Source of the DNA: a virus
Virus genome (UHGV): UHGV-0205323
Reading direction: 5' to 3' (one strand)
DNA length: 26,989 nucleotides
Part shown: piece after piece, positions 15,460 to 26,989 of the stretch
Position numbering within the stretch: position 1 is the first letter of the stretch
How the letters are laid out: each line of letters starts with the position of its first letter
Program-made: the position numbers and the translations under genes
The notes under the pieces: model-generated
What the model was told of the DNA's origin: nothing
The model's database searches: none
Seen by the model: the letters and a program-made list of their open reading frames with translations, nothing else

Positions 15460-16832
15460 TCCACCGTAAATTGAATGCCTGATTTTGACGTGTAGCTACC
15501 TCCTGCTGATTGCTGAGTAGCTGGCTGTTGCCTTGATGATTTCTTCCCGCTATTACCAACATTAACGTTATATTGCTGGTTGTAATTGTCGGTATATTGC
15601 TGAATGTCGCGCATTGATTGTTGTAGTGCTTCAGGGCTTGAGAAATCAACCTGTGGCATACCTTGAAAATACATCTTTGCTTCTGCAACGGTGTTGATAC
15701 CAGATGCCCCCATGTCTCTGGCTGCTGCAATGCCCTGATTCTGCATCTTTCCTTGGATTCGCTGTGCAGCGTTGTATAGTTTCCTCTGATCACCACCAGA
15801 TGCACGGCTACGAATATCTGCACCAAGAGCAGGAGAACCTGAAGAGCCTGTAATGCCAGTCATGAAGCCAAGATCGTCAATTGATGCGCCAGAAATTGCA
15901 TCAAGATCTTTCTTCATTGCGTAATTCTGCGCGCTTGCTGCCGACGTGGCCGGAGCAGCAATAGAGCCAGCAGGAACGCGAACCATGTTCCCCTCATTGT
16001 CTATACCTTCGTAGAACGCGTTAGCACCAGCACCATGAAGCTTCCCGCCTACGGTTACAGTTCTGCCATCTGCTAACTGAACTGTACGCTCATTATTCCC
16101 AACCGCCCCTTTCATTGATGCTCTCTGCATCGATAAATCCTGACCGCGCATCGTGATATTCTGACCTCGTGCTGTTAGCGCCTCGCCAGCCTGATTGCTG
16201 CGGATTGTCTCTGCAAGTTTTCCGCGATCAATCTCACGCCCAACGATTCTGTCTTGCGCCTGAAAATATTGTTCTGGACCAAGTGCAGCCATTCCAAGGT
16301 GATCAACAAACTCTGTGAAACCTTGTGGATTTTGCTGATACATTTTCGCCACATCCAGAGGGTCTACTCCGGCACGAGTAAGCTCAGATGAGTTGTTCTG
16401 CAACCATGACATCATGGCTTCTGGAGATGAAGCTGCGAGTCTGGCACTTGCTGCCAGTGTACCGACAGTGGAACGCTGGTCTTCATCGACAAATTTCATG
16501 CCGTTTCTTACAGCGTCAAACTGCTCAGGATACTGTGATGCCAGTTTTCGCATTGCATCGCGGTCACCAGATATATATGCATCAGCATAAGCCTGCTGAA
16601 ACTCTTGCTGTCGCTTCTGCTGATCCATCTGCTTATACATATCCATGACAGATGAAATGCCCTGCAAAGCCTGCAAGCCAACGTTATTACGTCCTGAACG
16701 CTCCATCTCGTTATTCTGTCGAATGTATGCAAGCGTGGCGTCTGCATCACTTGCTCTTGGAGCGTTGGAGTTCATGCCGCCTAACCCGGCAAGAAGCGCG
16801 CCTGAATTACCAGCCTGTTGCCATGTAGCCAA
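15456..16832 (-). CDS. ejection (internal virion) protein, P22 gp20-like
   Basis: 458-aa protein between the gp7-like and gp16-like genes; synteny with the P22 7-20-16 ejection cluster. Confidence 0.65.
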   Translation of the reverse strand: MATWQQAGNSGALLAGLGGMNSNAPRASDADATLAYIRQNNEMERSGRNNVGLQALQGISSVMDMYKQMDQQKRQQEFQQAYADAYISGDRDAMRKLASQYPEQFDAVRNGMKFVDEDQRSTVGTLAASARLAASSPEAMMSWLQNNSSELTRAGVDPLDVAKMYQQNPQGFTEFVDHLGMAALGPEQYFQAQDRIVGREIDRGKLAETIRSNQAGEALTARGQNITMRGQDLSMQRASMKGAVGNNERTVQLADGRTVTVGGKLHGAGANAFYEGIDNEGNMVRVPAGSIAAPATSAASAQNYAMKKDLDAISGASIDDLGFMTGITGSSGSPALGADIRSRASGGDQRKLYNAAQRIQGKMQNQGIAAARDMGASGINTVAEAKMYFQGMPQVDFSSPEALQQSMRDIQQYTDNYNQQYNVNVGNSGKKSSRQQPATQQSAGGSYTSKSGIQFTVE

Positions 16833-16844
16833 GAGACACCTCCA

Positions 16845-17498
16845 TTAAAAAAGTGAACCAAGAAGACCGACGCCAGCACCAATTGCTGTACCCCAACCAG
16901 GCATGATTGCAGTACCTGCAGCTGCACCTGCTGCCGCTCCACCCAAGGCGCTCTGAAATCCTGATGGTTTATTCGCATTAGCCGCAGATGCTGCCGCCTG
17001 CTGTTGATACAATTGGCTGACGTTGTTAGCGTAGTTCTGTCCGGCGTTTGCCTGACCTGTAAGAGCACCAAGGCCGATATTTGCCAGATTGTTGTAGTTG
17101 TTCATCTGACCTGACAGCCAGTTTTGACCAAGTGTAGGTGCGATTGCTGCTAACTGGTTTCCTGTTGCTGTAGAGCCTAATCCACCCGTTGCCTCTGCTG
17201 CTGCCAGACTCTGATAGCGCGCCTGCCCTGCAAGGTCTTTATACTGCTGAGAGTTGTAATACTGGTTAAGCGCCTGACCTTGCCCCTGAAGAGAGGAAAG
17301 ATTCTGCAACTGTGATACGTACTGCTGAGCGAGTGGCGTGAACGGTGCAAGGTTTTGCATGTTCGTCTGCCACATTTCACGCTGCAGTTCGATGCCCTTT
17401 TCAGTTGCGCGGGCCTGCTCTTTTGCTCCGCTATCACTGCCACCTTTGCAGTAAACAGCTTTGCTGAGGTGCTTATTGGCAATCTGGAAAATTAACAT
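16845..17498 (-). CDS. ejection (internal virion) protein, P22 gp7-like
   Basis: 217-aa Gln/Ala/Gly-rich protein with hydrophobic C-terminus, following the gp14-like gene; synteny. Confidence 0.65.
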   Translation of the reverse strand: MLIFQIANKHLSKAVYCKGGSDSGAKEQARATEKGIELQREMWQTNMQNLAPFTPLAQQYVSQLQNLSSLQGQGQALNQYYNSQQYKDLAGQARYQSLAAAEATGGLGSTATGNQLAAIAPTLGQNWLSGQMNNYNNLANIGLGALTGQANAGQNYANNVSQLYQQQAAASAANANKPSGFQSALGGAAAGAAAGTAIMPGWGTAIGAGVGLLGSLF

Positions 17499-17955
17499 TC
17501 GTTAGCTCCTCGTATTTTGAGCGCGGTAACTGATAAATTGTGATGCCTACAGGCTTTCCATTGCTGGTATAAGCATCATCAAGGTGACCAACACGGGTAG
17601 CGCCAAGCAAACGGATAATTGCCCGTCCGTATTTCGTGGTGTCAGGAACCATAGTGATGCTGTTAAGGAATGGTGAGTTTTCGAGAAGCCATTTGCAGAA
17701 TAATCGATGCCCTTGCAGTGCATATTCGCCACGGAATCCGGGGTCGTACACCGCATGGCATTCAACAACGCTATGCCAGAAGTTACGCACTTCATGCACT
17801 CCGACCAGCATCAGTCCTTCGTAGATGCCGAGGTATACCGCATCAGGCTTGATGTAGTATTTGTCTCCACTGTCTACGATATTTCCCGTGTTTGCCGGGT
17901 TGTTGAGGAATTCTGCAAGCTTCACCGGATTATCGATGAGCTTTATTTCCATCAC
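17473..17955 (-). CDS. P22 gp14-like virion assembly protein
   Basis: 160-aa ORF between tail needle and ejection genes, as in P22 gene order 26-14-7-20-16; start overlaps the gp26 stop. Confidence 0.55.
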   Translation of the reverse strand: MMEIKLIDNPVKLAEFLNNPANTGNIVDSGDKYYIKPDAVYLGIYEGLMLVGVHEVRNFWHSVVECHAVYDPGFRGEYALQGHRLFCKWLLENSPFLNSITMVPDTTKYGRAIIRLLGATRVGHLDDAYTSNGKPVGITIYQLPRSKYEELTNVNFPDCQ

Positions 17956-18800
17956 TGCTCCGCAATGATTTTGATGGTTGTGGCAGTAAACGCCGCACCA
18001 TTCGACTGAATGGTTAACGTGCTGCCATTTGTGGCAAGAAAGCCGTCTTTATCCACGCTGAAGAACGTAGCTAACAGGATGTTATCGGTCGTTGTCGCCG
18101 AGTTGCGGCTGCTTACCAGTGTGTCAGGAACAGAGCCGGAAAAGGTTAGCTGCATTGACCTGTTGGCTGTTCCGCTGGGCCACGTCCCGACGATCGACAG
18201 CTTGAAGAACAAGGTTTTGTTCTCGTTGAACACAACCATCTTGTTGTTAACGGTGTCGAAGAATGGTGCCAACGTGCCGGATGACGGCGTGAGCGTTTTC
18301 AGCAGGCTAACAAGGTTGGTCGGCGCTATCGGGATGGTTACAGATACGCCAGAGTAAACAACCTCTGACTTTTTGCGAGTAGTGGCATACTCCAGAGCAT
18401 CAATGCGCGTTTCATGGTCTGAAACCTGCGACTCCAGCGACTGAACTCTGGTATCAAGCGACGCAATATCGCTTTCATTCTGAGCGATTCGCGTTTCATG
18501 GTCCTGAAGAGTTGATTCTGCCTGGCTGATTCGCTCCTCATGATTAACAAGCGTTGCTTCCGCAGCAGAAATTCGCTGCTCATGGTCAGCGAGAATCACA
18601 TCCTGCTCATCGTTCCTGACTTGTGCGTCATAAGCGCCCTGTCCGGCCTCGTTGGCCTTGTTCGCCACATTACCAACATCAGTGCCCTGTGCGATAACGT
18701 AAAGCAGATACGACTGCGAGAAGATATTGCGTGGAAGGACTGATGTGTCGAGCCGTGTAGCCTGAATGATTACCGGCACATTGAGATTCGAATCAGCCAT
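17952..18800 (-). CDS. tail needle protein (P22 gp26-like N-terminus, extended C-terminal knob-like domain)
   Basis: N-terminus [43 protein letters not shown]...[21 protein letters not shown] matches the P22 gp26 N-terminal domain as recalled; heptad coiled-coil core; C-terminal ~110 aa unlike P22. Confidence 0.85.
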   Translation of the reverse strand: MADSNLNVPVIIQATRLDTSVLPRNIFSQSYLLYVIAQGTDVGNVANKANEAGQGAYDAQVRNDEQDVILADHEQRISAAEATLVNHEERISQAESTLQDHETRIAQNESDIASLDTRVQSLESQVSDHETRIDALEYATTRKKSEVVYSGVSVTIPIAPTNLVSLLKTLTPSSGTLAPFFDTVNNKMVVFNENKTLFFKLSIVGTWPSGTANRSMQLTFSGSVPDTLVSSRNSATTTDNILLATFFSVDKDGFLATNGSTLTIQSNGAAFTATTIKIIAEQ

Positions 18801-20218
18801 TACTCAATCCTTATCTGGCAGCCAGACAGAGTGACAGGTGACTTCGTGATAACGCGCAATTTGAAGCCAATGTTTTTCCTGATGCGCCCTACTCTCTTCC
18901 ACAAAACGCGTTTGTCGTAAACGAACGGTTCATTCTGCTCAATCATCTGCTCACGTCCGTAATTGATTCCGTCAGTGGTTGCAGAGAGAAAAAGGCGGTC
19001 GGCGTACTGCGCAACGCCAGTTGACGATTCAACCTCAAAGTCAAACACCCTGGCGTTATCCGCTTTGAACAACGGAGTAAACAGCAGGTGTTCCTGTTGC
19101 TTGTCGTACTGGCTGCTGATGTCAAACTGCAATTTCCCTGTCATCGATTCAAGCTTATCGCCGCACGTTATCTGATTGCCTTCGTAAATGAAGTCGATAG
19201 CGCGGTACACATCGTCATACAGGCCTGTTTTCAGCACACACCATTGCGGACCATTGGCGCTTGAAGATGCGTCGTACACCAGAACATGGCGCGGAAGGTG
19301 GATAATCAGCAACTCATGAGCATCAAATCGCAGCGATTCCATCACGCCATCAGCCAGTTCATCAGCAGTGTAGGAGCGGAGAATTTTCTCAATGCTCGCG
19401 CTGGCGATTGGTGATACCTGACCGGAGCCGATGATGTATACAGACGGCGCACCCGTTGCCGGATTGCTGATGAACGCATACGAATCAGCAAACGTCGTTT
19501 TGCAGTAAGTCCCGGCAATACCTTTCTGCACCATCAGCGATGGCTGTGCGACATACAAAGCGGCACCAACGGTGGTTGCACCAGTCAGGGAGAAATATTC
19601 AATCGTCGATGAACCAAAGCAGACGATGAAGTCTCGCCATGTGCCGATGCCGATGATGCCGTCCGGCTGCGATTCTGCGCGATATTGTGCGCTGTAACGG
19701 TCAGGATGCGATTCGTCTTCAAGGTCAGTGATAAACCATGAATCAGTGCCGTCTTTTGACCACGCATAACGCCCACGTAAGCGCGTAATGTCGCGAACTG
19801 AACCTAACTCGTACTGTGTGAATCCGCTGTCTGTAGGCCAGTTTGAGACTGTTTTAACTGTGCCATCATAGCGGTATTCGACCAGTTGCCCGTTAACACC
19901 TACCGCCTGTGATGTCCGACCATGTGCCATTGATACGCGACCACTTCCGGCAACGTCACCGACTTCACTTTCGCCTTTGTAGAGCTTGCCACCACACACA
20001 CGATAAACAGCATTCTGCGCCATGTTGTACTCGACGCCTCGAGATACACCGTTCACATCAGAACGTTTGGCAATGCCCGGGAATGAGCGAAGATATCCGC
20101 TGCTGTTGAGGATTTCTTTGGGTGTAGCCAACATATTCACTGGCAGATAGTCGATATAGTCGGCGTTTCGGAAGTCTTTGCCGACACCTTTCATAAGCGG
20201 AAGTTGCTGAATCGGCAT
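18800..20218 (-). CDS. tail hub / tail accessory protein, P22 gp10-like
   Basis: 472-aa ORF between gp4-like and tail needle genes; length and position match P22 gene 10 as recalled. Confidence 0.8.
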   Translation of the reverse strand: MPIQQLPLMKGVGKDFRNADYIDYLPVNMLATPKEILNSSGYLRSFPGIAKRSDVNGVSRGVEYNMAQNAVYRVCGGKLYKGESEVGDVAGSGRVSMAHGRTSQAVGVNGQLVEYRYDGTVKTVSNWPTDSGFTQYELGSVRDITRLRGRYAWSKDGTDSWFITDLEDESHPDRYSAQYRAESQPDGIIGIGTWRDFIVCFGSSTIEYFSLTGATTVGAALYVAQPSLMVQKGIAGTYCKTTFADSYAFISNPATGAPSVYIIGSGQVSPIASASIEKILRSYTADELADGVMESLRFDAHELLIIHLPRHVLVYDASSSANGPQWCVLKTGLYDDVYRAIDFIYEGNQITCGDKLESMTGKLQFDISSQYDKQQEHLLFTPLFKADNARVFDFEVESSTGVAQYADRLFLSATTDGINYGREQMIEQNEPFVYDKRVLWKRVGRIRKNIGFKLRVITKSPVTLSGCQIRIE

Positions 20219-20718
20219 TATTCGCTCCCGTTATCGCAAGGTTCCTTTCGGTGGAAGTAATTCCAACCGTTCCACTTCGCCAACTGGTTACCGCTACCAA
20301 CAGGCATACGGTTTGGATAACCGGACTTACATTTAGCGGCTTTTGCTCTGTCCATTGCAGACAGTTTGACGAGTCGCTCTTTCCCGTATCTGGCAGTGGT
20401 TATAAGTTTTGCTGACGCTTCCAGCGCATAATCCGGAGCAATGCGGCAGGCAAGGTTGAAAATGACGGCATTGATAGCGTTATTTGATAAACCGTGCTCA
20501 TCGCCAGGATCCGGAGCGACATCTGCATCAGCAAAAATGTAGCCAACGTTGATCCCAGGTGACGCATCACCGCCAAACCATTCAGCCATCATCATTTCAA
20601 GGTCGTTGACGCCGTCTTCCATAGACTGCGGTTCGACATCGGTTAACGTGGCATTTGATGCCACACCGAGCTTACGTAATGCCGCAAGAACTAAATCACC
20701 CTTCGTTGTCAGGTTCAT
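20218..20718 (-). CDS. head-completion / tail adaptor protein, P22 gp4-like
   Basis: 166 aa from ATG 20718 (AAGGCGG RBS); sequence [21 protein letters not shown]...[14 protein letters not shown] resembles P22 gp4 as recalled; the track's longer ORF is an upstream in-frame extension. Confidence 0.75.
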   Translation of the reverse strand: MNLTTKGDLVLAALRKLGVASNATLTDVEPQSMEDGVNDLEMMMAEWFGGDASPGINVGYIFADADVAPDPGDEHGLSNNAINAVIFNLACRIAPDYALEASAKLITTARYGKERLVKLSAMDRAKAAKCKSGYPNRMPVGSGNQLAKWNGWNYFHRKEPCDNGSE

Positions 20719-20926
20719 CTGCTGCCGCCTTAGGTTTTCGACCAGGCTTTTTACGCTGTTTTTCTTCTGGCTCTGGCTCTGCAACATCCTTCAGAAGGTC
20801 ATCGGGATGTGCAAACCAGCCAGCATCCAGATATTCCTGAAGCTCTTCGGCTTTCACGATTTCAAAGTCGTATCCAACGCCTTTCCACTTCTTCATGTCG
20901 CCATGACGAAAGATCATGTGTGTCAT
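20696..20926 (-). CDS. small hypothetical protein (76 aa) between coat and gp4
   Basis: GGAG RBS 6 nt upstream of ATG 20926; overlaps the gp4 start by 23 nt; Lys/Glu/Pro-rich C-terminus. Confidence 0.4.
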   Translation of the reverse strand: MTHMIFRHGDMKKWKGVGYDFEIVKAEELQEYLDAGWFAHPDDLLKDVAEPEPEEKQRKKPGRKPKAAADEPDNEG

Positions 20927-20938
20927 GTTTGTCTCCAG

Positions 20939-20962
20939 ATAAAAAAGGGAGCCGAAGCTCCC
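20939..20962 (-). terminator. rho-independent terminator immediately downstream of the coat gene (minus strand)
   Basis: Minus-strand stem GGGAGC / GCTCCC with TTCG loop followed by TTTTTTAT. Confidence 0.55.
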
Positions 20963-20970
20963 TCTGGTTA

Positions 20971-22266
20971 TCACGCAGTCTGGTTAGGCAGACCAACGCC
21001 AATTGCCTCTGGTCGTACAGCACATGCTGAATACCACACAGCAATACGGCACTTACCAGACAGAGTGTTGATATCACCCTGCGTTGCGAAGATGCCGTTA
21101 ACACCAATACCTGGAATGCTGAAGGAAGACGTTTTCATGCCAGCAAACAGTTCATGGGTTACCGGGATCGGCTGAGAAAGCAGACGGATTGAGTCATCAG
21201 CCCAGAACACGTTAGCGGTGGTTGTTGCCACGTTCAGAACGTTTACCGGAGTGGCATCAGCAAGAGAGGTGTTTACGTTAGCGTAAGCCTTCTCTTCTTT
21301 TGTCAATGAAGCGTCATCAAGCGCAATCGGCTTCGGCGTGATTTCGATGTGAGTACCATCGATCACACGGGTGATTGAGAAAGTCGCGTCATCAGTCAGC
21401 ACGTTCTTCGCCATCTGAGACAGGAATTTCACACCAGTGAAGCTGATTTTGTCGCCGCGCTTAAATCCGGTGGTGGAGGATACGGTCACCGTTGCAACAC
21501 GGTTGTCGACGTTCTCTTTGTTACCATCGGTATCAAGGGTGTATGCCTGCGGCTTAAACTTCTGCGCACCAGAAACAGTTACACCAGTAGCGGTTGACTT
21601 GGTAACCGCCGGAAGTTTCGGTGAGCGAAGAATTTCATCAAAGCCAGCAATCTGACGCTGAATAGTACCGTTGCGATACGCTTCTTCAGGAACGCGCCCA
21701 AAGATGTCACCATCTACCAGGTTGCGGCCTGCTTTGCGGTAATCGTCAGGGTTCAGGAAGTAACTGATGCCCATATCGCGGTTTAGCTCACGGGAGAACA
21801 TCAGGCGCTCTGCATCAGACACAAAATCCCAGCCAGACAGGCCAGTAGATGGACCAATTGCGCGGGTATCGTGAACAACAAGCGAGCCCATTTCAGTTGC
21901 CTGTTTGGCAATCGCTGACTCAATGTTATTCGCCAGTTTTTTGGCGGATGCCTGGATGCGGCGACGGTAAGAACGCTCATCACGCAGGTCATCTGCACGA
22001 AGCTCGAAGAAATCGTTATCCGGATCGCCCATGTTGCATTTCACGGAGAGTTCCAGAATCCCGGTTGCGTTGCCAGTTAAATCCCAGCCAGTCTGGGTTG
22101 GCGCTTCCTGCTCAACAGGCATCCACACGGTGTTGCTTGAACGTTGCATGGATTCTGCCGGAGGGGTGTATTTTGTCACTTTGGACGCCATTGGCGTCAG
22201 GTTCTGGACGGTTTCGATGATTTCATCCAGAGCATACGTGACCAGTTGACCTTCATTTAATGCCAT
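20971..22266 (-). CDS. major coat protein, P22 gp5-like
   Basis: 431-aa protein; long stretches match the P22 coat protein as recalled (MALNEGQ...NLTPMA...[21 protein letters not shown], ...[13 protein letters not shown] at the C-terminus). Confidence 0.9.
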   Translation of the reverse strand: MALNEGQLVTYALDEIIETVQNLTPMASKVTKYTPPAESMQRSSNTVWMPVEQEAPTQTGWDLTGNATGILELSVKCNMGDPDNDFFELRADDLRDERSYRRRIQASAKKLANNIESAIAKQATEMGSLVVHDTRAIGPSTGLSGWDFVSDAERLMFSRELNRDMGISYFLNPDDYRKAGRNLVDGDIFGRVPEEAYRNGTIQRQIAGFDEILRSPKLPAVTKSTATGVTVSGAQKFKPQAYTLDTDGNKENVDNRVATVTVSSTTGFKRGDKISFTGVKFLSQMAKNVLTDDATFSITRVIDGTHIEITPKPIALDDASLTKEEKAYANVNTSLADATPVNVLNVATTTANVFWADDSIRLLSQPIPVTHELFAGMKTSSFSIPGIGVNGIFATQGDINTLSGKCRIAVWYSACAVRPEAIGVGLPNQTA

Positions 22267-23177
22267 TATCGAATTCCTTTATTCAGTTGCGCCTTAAGCT
22301 TGCGGTACGTCTCTACATCCCCTTTGTTTGCTGCCGCTTCCATCTGCTTTTCAATCGCAGAGATATTTGCAGCAACAGCGTGTCCCTGAATGGGTTCATC
22401 AGGTAACGGGGCTTCTGAAACAGGCTTGGCTCGAGGCTTGAGAGTTAAACGTTCTGACAGTCGAGTGAGTTCAATCAGCGCGGATTGCCCGTCCATCGCC
22501 AGCAACTGGCGTGTCTTCTCAGGATTAGCACCAAGGTGATACATGAGAGCAGCGGATTTCTCCGGGAAGAGACGCATGATATCGGCACCGACTGCTGGCG
22601 GCACCAATTGCATGAATGCATCCTCTTTCTCCTGATAGTCAGGGATGTTGAGCTTTTCCGCTGCGTCGTAGTGCTTACGGGCTGCCTCGACGTATTGCGC
22701 TGATTGCTGGGTGAACTCCTGAGTTTTGCGCCCCTGCTCGGCGACAGCCTGGCTTCGTGCGTCCATAGCCTTGATCTGCCATTCACTGTTTGCCTGCTGG
22801 AAGGCAGCCAGTGCGCGGCTATGGTCATAGTCGTACTTAGCCAGTGCATCTTCGGAAAGATAATCGTTAGGGTCTGGTTGTTTTGGTAACTCAGGGTTCA
22901 CCCGCAGGTGCTCCGGCAACTCTCCACGCTTAACCGCTTCCATCTGCTGCTCAAGCTCACGCTGGCGTTTGCGTTCGATGCGGCGACGGGCAAATTCAGC
23001 ATTAGTTGCCGGGTCTTGTTTTGGTTTCTCATCGTCTTTCAGGACAATCTCGAAGCCTTCTTCCTGACCTGCGCTGTCGTTGGCATTATCGACAACTAAG
23101 CCATCAGCAGATGCCGCTGCATGATTGCCGGGCAGGGTTAATTCTTCAGAAGCCTGAATGTCGGTGGTTTGGGTCAT
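22266..23177 (-). CDS. scaffolding protein, P22 gp8-like
   Basis: 303-aa acidic coiled-coil-rich protein; near-identical segments to P22 scaffold as recalled ([40 protein letters not shown]); immediately upstream of coat. Confidence 0.9.
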   Translation of the reverse strand: MTQTTDIQASEELTLPGNHAAASADGLVVDNANDSAGQEEGFEIVLKDDEKPKQDPATNAEFARRRIERKRQRELEQQMEAVKRGELPEHLRVNPELPKQPDPNDYLSEDALAKYDYDHSRALAAFQQANSEWQIKAMDARSQAVAEQGRKTQEFTQQSAQYVEAARKHYDAAEKLNIPDYQEKEDAFMQLVPPAVGADIMRLFPEKSAALMYHLGANPEKTRQLLAMDGQSALIELTRLSERLTLKPRAKPVSEAPLPDEPIQGHAVAANISAIEKQMEAAANKGDVETYRKLKAQLNKGIR

Positions 23178-23190
23178 GATTAACTCTCTC

Positions 23191-25356
23191 TTATTGAGGT
23201 GTCTCGGCTACTCCGCCGGAGGGGATTTGAACTTGACGCATAAGATTCGCGAAATCCATGCGTTGTGAATGAGTCTGGTCTGCATCTTTAAGAAGCAGCT
23301 CAGCGTTAGCACGAGCATCTTTGCTGCGCTGTTGCTGGAATTGACCTACGAGCTTGAGGTACTCACGCAGTTCTGCCTGCTTGTCGAGGTCCATATTGTT
23401 GAAGATTTCCGCAATCTTCGCGGCGTTGAGTTGGTTTTGGGCTTCAACCTTGGCGGCTTCAACCTGAATCTGCGCCTGTTGGTTCTCTGCCTTGAGCAAT
23501 TCAGCCTGACCTTGCAGAAGGATACCCTGCGCCTGAATTTGCTCTGCTGATGGCTGCTGCGGCTGCTGTTGAGCCTGCTGTACCATCTCCATCTCTTCAG
23601 GTGTTTCTGGCTTCTTCAGCCCCATCATCACCAGTTGCTTGTTCGCGTACTCTCGCATCATCTCGACGCCTTTACCGTCAAGCAACGTGAAGTATTGCAG
23701 CATCAGCATCTGGAACTCTGGAGTACCTTGCGGAACCTTGGTGAGCAACTCCTGAATCTCTGCGCGATTCTGTTCCTTCATGCTCTGGAAGGATGGCCCA
23801 ACGTCTGTATAGCACTCATAGCGACCGCGAATGTCGTTGAGTGTTACCACATTGCCGGACTGGTAATCGACAACTTGCGCATAGAGTTGAACGTCTTTCT
23901 CGCTTCCATCTTCAAGTGTCAGCGTTACATGACGAGGAACGTCATAAATATCGTTGACCATTGAGGCATAAATCTCGCCATCACGTCGCATTGCGGTAGC
24001 CAGGTTATCCTGAAACACGTATGTCTCAAGGTCTGCCCGCATGTTCAGTTGATTGACGGTATCGAAAGCGACCTGAGAGTTTGCTGCCTGCGCATCCACA
24101 CCAAGACTAGCCACCTCTTTCACTGCGTTGGTGGCAGCCTCAAGCATGTAAGCGTTGGCTTGCGGCACTTCAGGATTTTCCATGTAGGAGATTGGACCAA
24201 TCGGCAGGTCGTTACCGTTTTCATCGGTCTTGTTCTGCAGATAGTACGGATAGTCATCATTTCCACCGTACATGTATTCGTAGCCTTCGATTTGCTCAGG
24301 GAAGAAGGTCGGTTTCTTCTTCGGTGAACGAGCAACAATATCGGCGTTGAATGACATGATCATGTTACGAAGGCGCTGACCGTCTTTCGTCAGCCTTACC
24401 ACTCCTTCGTAGCACTCCTTGTCACCAGCGAATGACCATTCGCCATACACTGGAACGATTGGAATATGCTCTCCGGCTATCTTCTCGCGGTCTTTCAGTA
24501 TCTGCGTGCAGGTGATGATCGACTTATACACACGCCGACGCTTCACCTTGCGCTCTGCTACCTTAATGAATCCACGATTAGCCAGGTCGTCGATGACGTC
24601 TTTGATATCCTGCTGGTAATAGCTGACCGGCTCACCTGTCAGCGGGTCGCGGTAGATGAAGACTTTCTCTTTCTTCTCTTCTACCTCGTAATACTCAGCG
24701 ACGTAGACGACATCATTCGATACCCACGGAAACAGCCATGTGTCGTTCGGATTCTGGAAAGATGGCAGGGTGTCAGGATCAATACCGTAATCCTCTGCGA
24801 ACTCTTTCCAGCCATTGCGTGACAAAGCGTTAATCACCGTGCAGTGCTTAGCGTCGCTCTTATCCATCTGCTTGCTGTTGGCGTCCCATATGACGTGTGA
24901 GCAGGCTTCATGAATTGGCAGGCGTCGAATTACCTGATTGTTGCTTGTTGGATCGTTGTCTTCGTACTGCGTGACCAGACGCCATGCACCAACGCCTGAC
25001 TCTATCTGCTCACGAACGCCAACGTTAACGGCAATTTTTGCCGTATTATGGCGCATATCAGTACGATACATCCCCATCAGCACATCGGCAGCATCAGGAT
25101 TAGCGCCGTCTTTTGGTCTGAAGAGAACATCGATAGGGTTCCTGCGCATCTCTGCGACCAGCTTCCTGACCACCGGGCGAACAACATCGAATTGTCCGCG
25201 ATATTGCAGGGTGGTGTAGTTTGATAGCCAGTCATCCCATTGCGACACTCGGCTAAAATACAGGTCATTTGTCGCCTCGGTTCTGGCTTCATCGCTCGCC
25301 ATCCAGTCTGCGTCAAACTTACACAGAATGGAATTGAGTCTGTTTTCGTCGGCCAT
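23191..25356 (-). CDS. portal protein, P22 gp1-like
   Basis: 721-aa protein between terminase large subunit and scaffold; size and Gln-rich C-terminal barrel-like tail consistent with P22 portal. Confidence 0.9.
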   Translation of the reverse strand: MADENRLNSILCKFDADWMASDEARTEATNDLYFSRVSQWDDWLSNYTTLQYRGQFDVVRPVVRKLVAEMRRNPIDVLFRPKDGANPDAADVLMGMYRTDMRHNTAKIAVNVGVREQIESGVGAWRLVTQYEDNDPTSNNQVIRRLPIHEACSHVIWDANSKQMDKSDAKHCTVINALSRNGWKEFAEDYGIDPDTLPSFQNPNDTWLFPWVSNDVVYVAEYYEVEEKKEKVFIYRDPLTGEPVSYYQQDIKDVIDDLANRGFIKVAERKVKRRRVYKSIITCTQILKDREKIAGEHIPIVPVYGEWSFAGDKECYEGVVRLTKDGQRLRNMIMSFNADIVARSPKKKPTFFPEQIEGYEYMYGGNDDYPYYLQNKTDENGNDLPIGPISYMENPEVPQANAYMLEAATNAVKEVASLGVDAQAANSQVAFDTVNQLNMRADLETYVFQDNLATAMRRDGEIYASMVNDIYDVPRHVTLTLEDGSEKDVQLYAQVVDYQSGNVVTLNDIRGRYECYTDVGPSFQSMKEQNRAEIQELLTKVPQGTPEFQMLMLQYFTLLDGKGVEMMREYANKQLVMMGLKKPETPEEMEMVQQAQQQPQQPSAEQIQAQGILLQGQAELLKAENQQAQIQVEAAKVEAQNQLNAAKIAEIFNNMDLDKQAELREYLKLVGQFQQQRSKDARANAELLLKDADQTHSQRMDFANLMRQVQIPSGGVAETPQ

Positions 25357-26856
25357 TTAAGTTCTCCGTGCGATGGGCCTGATTGGGGCTGGTATCTTTT
25401 TCTCTTTTGGCTTTTTGATGTCGCGCATCATTTTTGCGAAGCGGCGCATCATGTATGCATAGCGAACGGCGGATAGCACGTCGTCGTTAAGCTTGACGAT
25501 TTTCCCGTTTTCATCACGGTGATAGAGGCGGAACTCCTCAAAGAATGGCTCACAGGTGTTGAATACTTTGAAGCGACCGTCGAGCATCATGTCTCGCAAT
25601 TCAGTGATGCCAGGCTCAACAGCGTTACCGCCATCAGGCCATGTCGCATGCTCCTGCAACATCATAAATCCAGCGTCCGCATACTGCCCTTTGAGCTGCT
25701 CACCGCCGCCCTTCTCGTGCTGGTTTCCGTCATGAGGCCATGCGGTTGGCACTTTATGCGCCCATGGTTTAACAGCTCCCCACGCCTGAACGGCTGTCTT
25801 TTCTTTCGCCTTCCAAACGCGTGAAAGGTAGATTATGTCTGCGTCCTTATCCCACCAAAGCTGAACCTGCGCCTGCGGGTGATCCCATCCGAAATCCATA
25901 CCGCCAATTACGTAGAAGTGATCAGGACACTCGAACGGCTGACACTTAATCGTCTCTTCCGGTATCTGGAAGATTCGACCACTACCCATCGTAGGAATAC
26001 CGCGAGCTCGAGCCTCTCTCTCATGCTCTGGATAGGATGCGATGATTTGCTCTTTCTGCTCATCGGTATAGTGCTCAGCGTCATAGATGGTCATGTTGAC
26101 CACTTTCTGCGACTTGCTGGGATTCTTCAGGAACTTGGTAACAACGTCAGACATCCCCATCAGCGGGGTAAACGTCAGAATTGAGAATTGCCCGTATTTG
26201 TTGGTACGGGTAAGACCTTCGCCATAAATGCTGTATGGTGGCTCTTCGTCAAACCACACGCCGTGGATTGTATCACCCTGCCAGCGAGCACGGCCTTGCG
26301 AGTATGGTTTGAAGTAGCAGATTGAAATGCCATCTTCAACGCCATCTGCCGTGTGATGCTTAACCAGAAGGTGATCAACAAGGTTCGGAAAGAAAGGAGA
26401 CTTCTTCCAGCTAATGATGTCCTCTTTCGGTATTGAACCGTAGCCCGGCTCATCATTCTCTTCAATACGACCGCACAGGATGCGTTGAGTCGTTTTGGTT
26501 ACCGTCTCGTTTGTCTCGCCGCCAATCCAGAAGACAACAGGCTCATAGAAACGCTTACCTTTCCACTCCCCACCATATTTACCATCAGCCGGATAGCCTT
26601 TTGTTCCCGGATAACGCCCGGTAAGGTGAAACGCGACTTCAGCAGCCCCAGTAAATGACTTACCAAGCTGGTTACCAGCCATAAAACAGCGCTCTGGATA
26701 GTCATGCCCGGCGTCGATGAACTCACGCTGTTTGCTGTATGGCGTAAATTCATATAGCAGGTGTGTGTTCCGGTAGTTCTCTTCTTCTTCGAGTAGCTCG
26801 AGCAATTCGATTTGCTCTTCGTCGCTCAGGTTATCAAGAATCGCGTCCAGTTCCAC
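25357..26856 (-). CDS. terminase large subunit, P22 gp2-like
   Basis: 499-aa protein with Walker A-like GNQLGKS near the N-terminus; position upstream of portal; GTG start with AAGGAG RBS. Confidence 0.9.
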   Translation of the reverse strand: MELDAILDNLSDEEQIELLELLEEEENYRNTHLLYEFTPYSKQREFIDAGHDYPERCFMAGNQLGKSFTGAAEVAFHLTGRYPGTKGYPADGKYGGEWKGKRFYEPVVFWIGGETNETVTKTTQRILCGRIEENDEPGYGSIPKEDIISWKKSPFFPNLVDHLLVKHHTADGVEDGISICYFKPYSQGRARWQGDTIHGVWFDEEPPYSIYGEGLTRTNKYGQFSILTFTPLMGMSDVVTKFLKNPSKSQKVVNMTIYDAEHYTDEQKEQIIASYPEHEREARARGIPTMGSGRIFQIPEETIKCQPFECPDHFYVIGGMDFGWDHPQAQVQLWWDKDADIIYLSRVWKAKEKTAVQAWGAVKPWAHKVPTAWPHDGNQHEKGGGEQLKGQYADAGFMMLQEHATWPDGGNAVEPGITELRDMMLDGRFKVFNTCEPFFEEFRLYHRDENGKIVKLNDDVLSAVRYAYMMRRFAKMMRDIKKPKEKKIPAPIRPIARRT

Positions 26857-26989
26857 GGTTGAAAAGCTCCTTGATACGAGAGCGCCGCTTATCGCGATCT
26901 CCCTTATCAGGTGTCACGTCTTCAACTTGCGACTGCTCTTTGAGGCCCAAATCACGGGCGATGATGTTAGCGTTGAGAAGGTCAGCGGC
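26834..26989 (-). CDS. terminase small subunit, C-terminal end (partial; 5' end outside window)
   Basis: Open frame running in from the window edge (...[14 protein letters not shown] stop) that overlaps the terminase large-subunit start; assignment by synteny only. Confidence 0.45.
   Translation of the reverse strand, partial: AADLLNANIIARDLGLKEQSQVEDVTPDKGDRDKRRSRIKELFNRGTGRDS

Noticed and set aside
13265-17955. Numerous 60-120-aa ORFs on the plus strand within the ejection-protein genes (e.g. 13715..13993, 14935..15303, 16388..16648, 17707..18009)
   Set aside because: All are antisense to long, well-supported structural genes and have Cys/Arg/Ser-rich translations typical of non-coding frames.
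20549-25824. Plus-strand ORFs antisense to gp4, coat, scaffold, portal and terminase (e.g. 20549..21175, 21849..22220, 23569..23964, 25519..25824)
   Set aside because: Embedded in the opposite strand of genes recognised by homology; no RBS support.
1-26989. CRISPR arrays, IS elements or transposases, and rRNA/tRNA genes
   Set aside because: No spacer-repeat periodicity, no transposase-like ORF or terminal inverted repeats, and no cloverleaf-compatible tRNA sequence were seen on manual inspection.

Overview
This window reads as a contiguous piece of a P22-like (Lederbergvirus-type) temperate podophage genome, with two convergent arms. All protein identifications rest on motif and similarity recognition from memory and on P22 gene order; no database search was run. 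Plus strand (1-8624): an early-left operon of small translationally coupled genes, a recombination module (Rad52-like annealing protein, SSB, DEDDh exonuclease), an orphan methyltransferase, Ead/Ea22-like and DUF551 proteins, then an excisionase-like gene and a P4-type tyrosine integrase. Minus strand (8752-26989): the late operon in P22 order read from high to low coordinate: terminase small (partial), terminase large, portal, scaffold, coat, gp4, gp10, tail needle gp26, gp14, ejection proteins gp7/gp20/gp16, then a lysogeny-side accessory locus, the immI region (arc, ant, divergent mnt) and the tailspike. Integrase and tailspike converge with 127 bp between them and no gtr-like O-antigen conversion genes, so the DNA appears to be in the unintegrated (attP) permutation. 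The most interesting part is 11.4-13.3 kb, at the position where P22 carries sieA: a Mnt-like repressor translationally coupled to a ClpP-fold protein with an apparently intact Ser/His/Asp triad, a convergent small coiled-coil ORF, and a terminator-flanked lipoprotein gene. Other points of note are a chimeric tailspike, a tail needle with a long C-terminal extension, a GGGTAAAAW repeat cluster over the int promoter, and a perfect 17-bp palindrome in the arc/mnt intergenic region. No rRNA, tRNA, CRISPR array or transposase was found.
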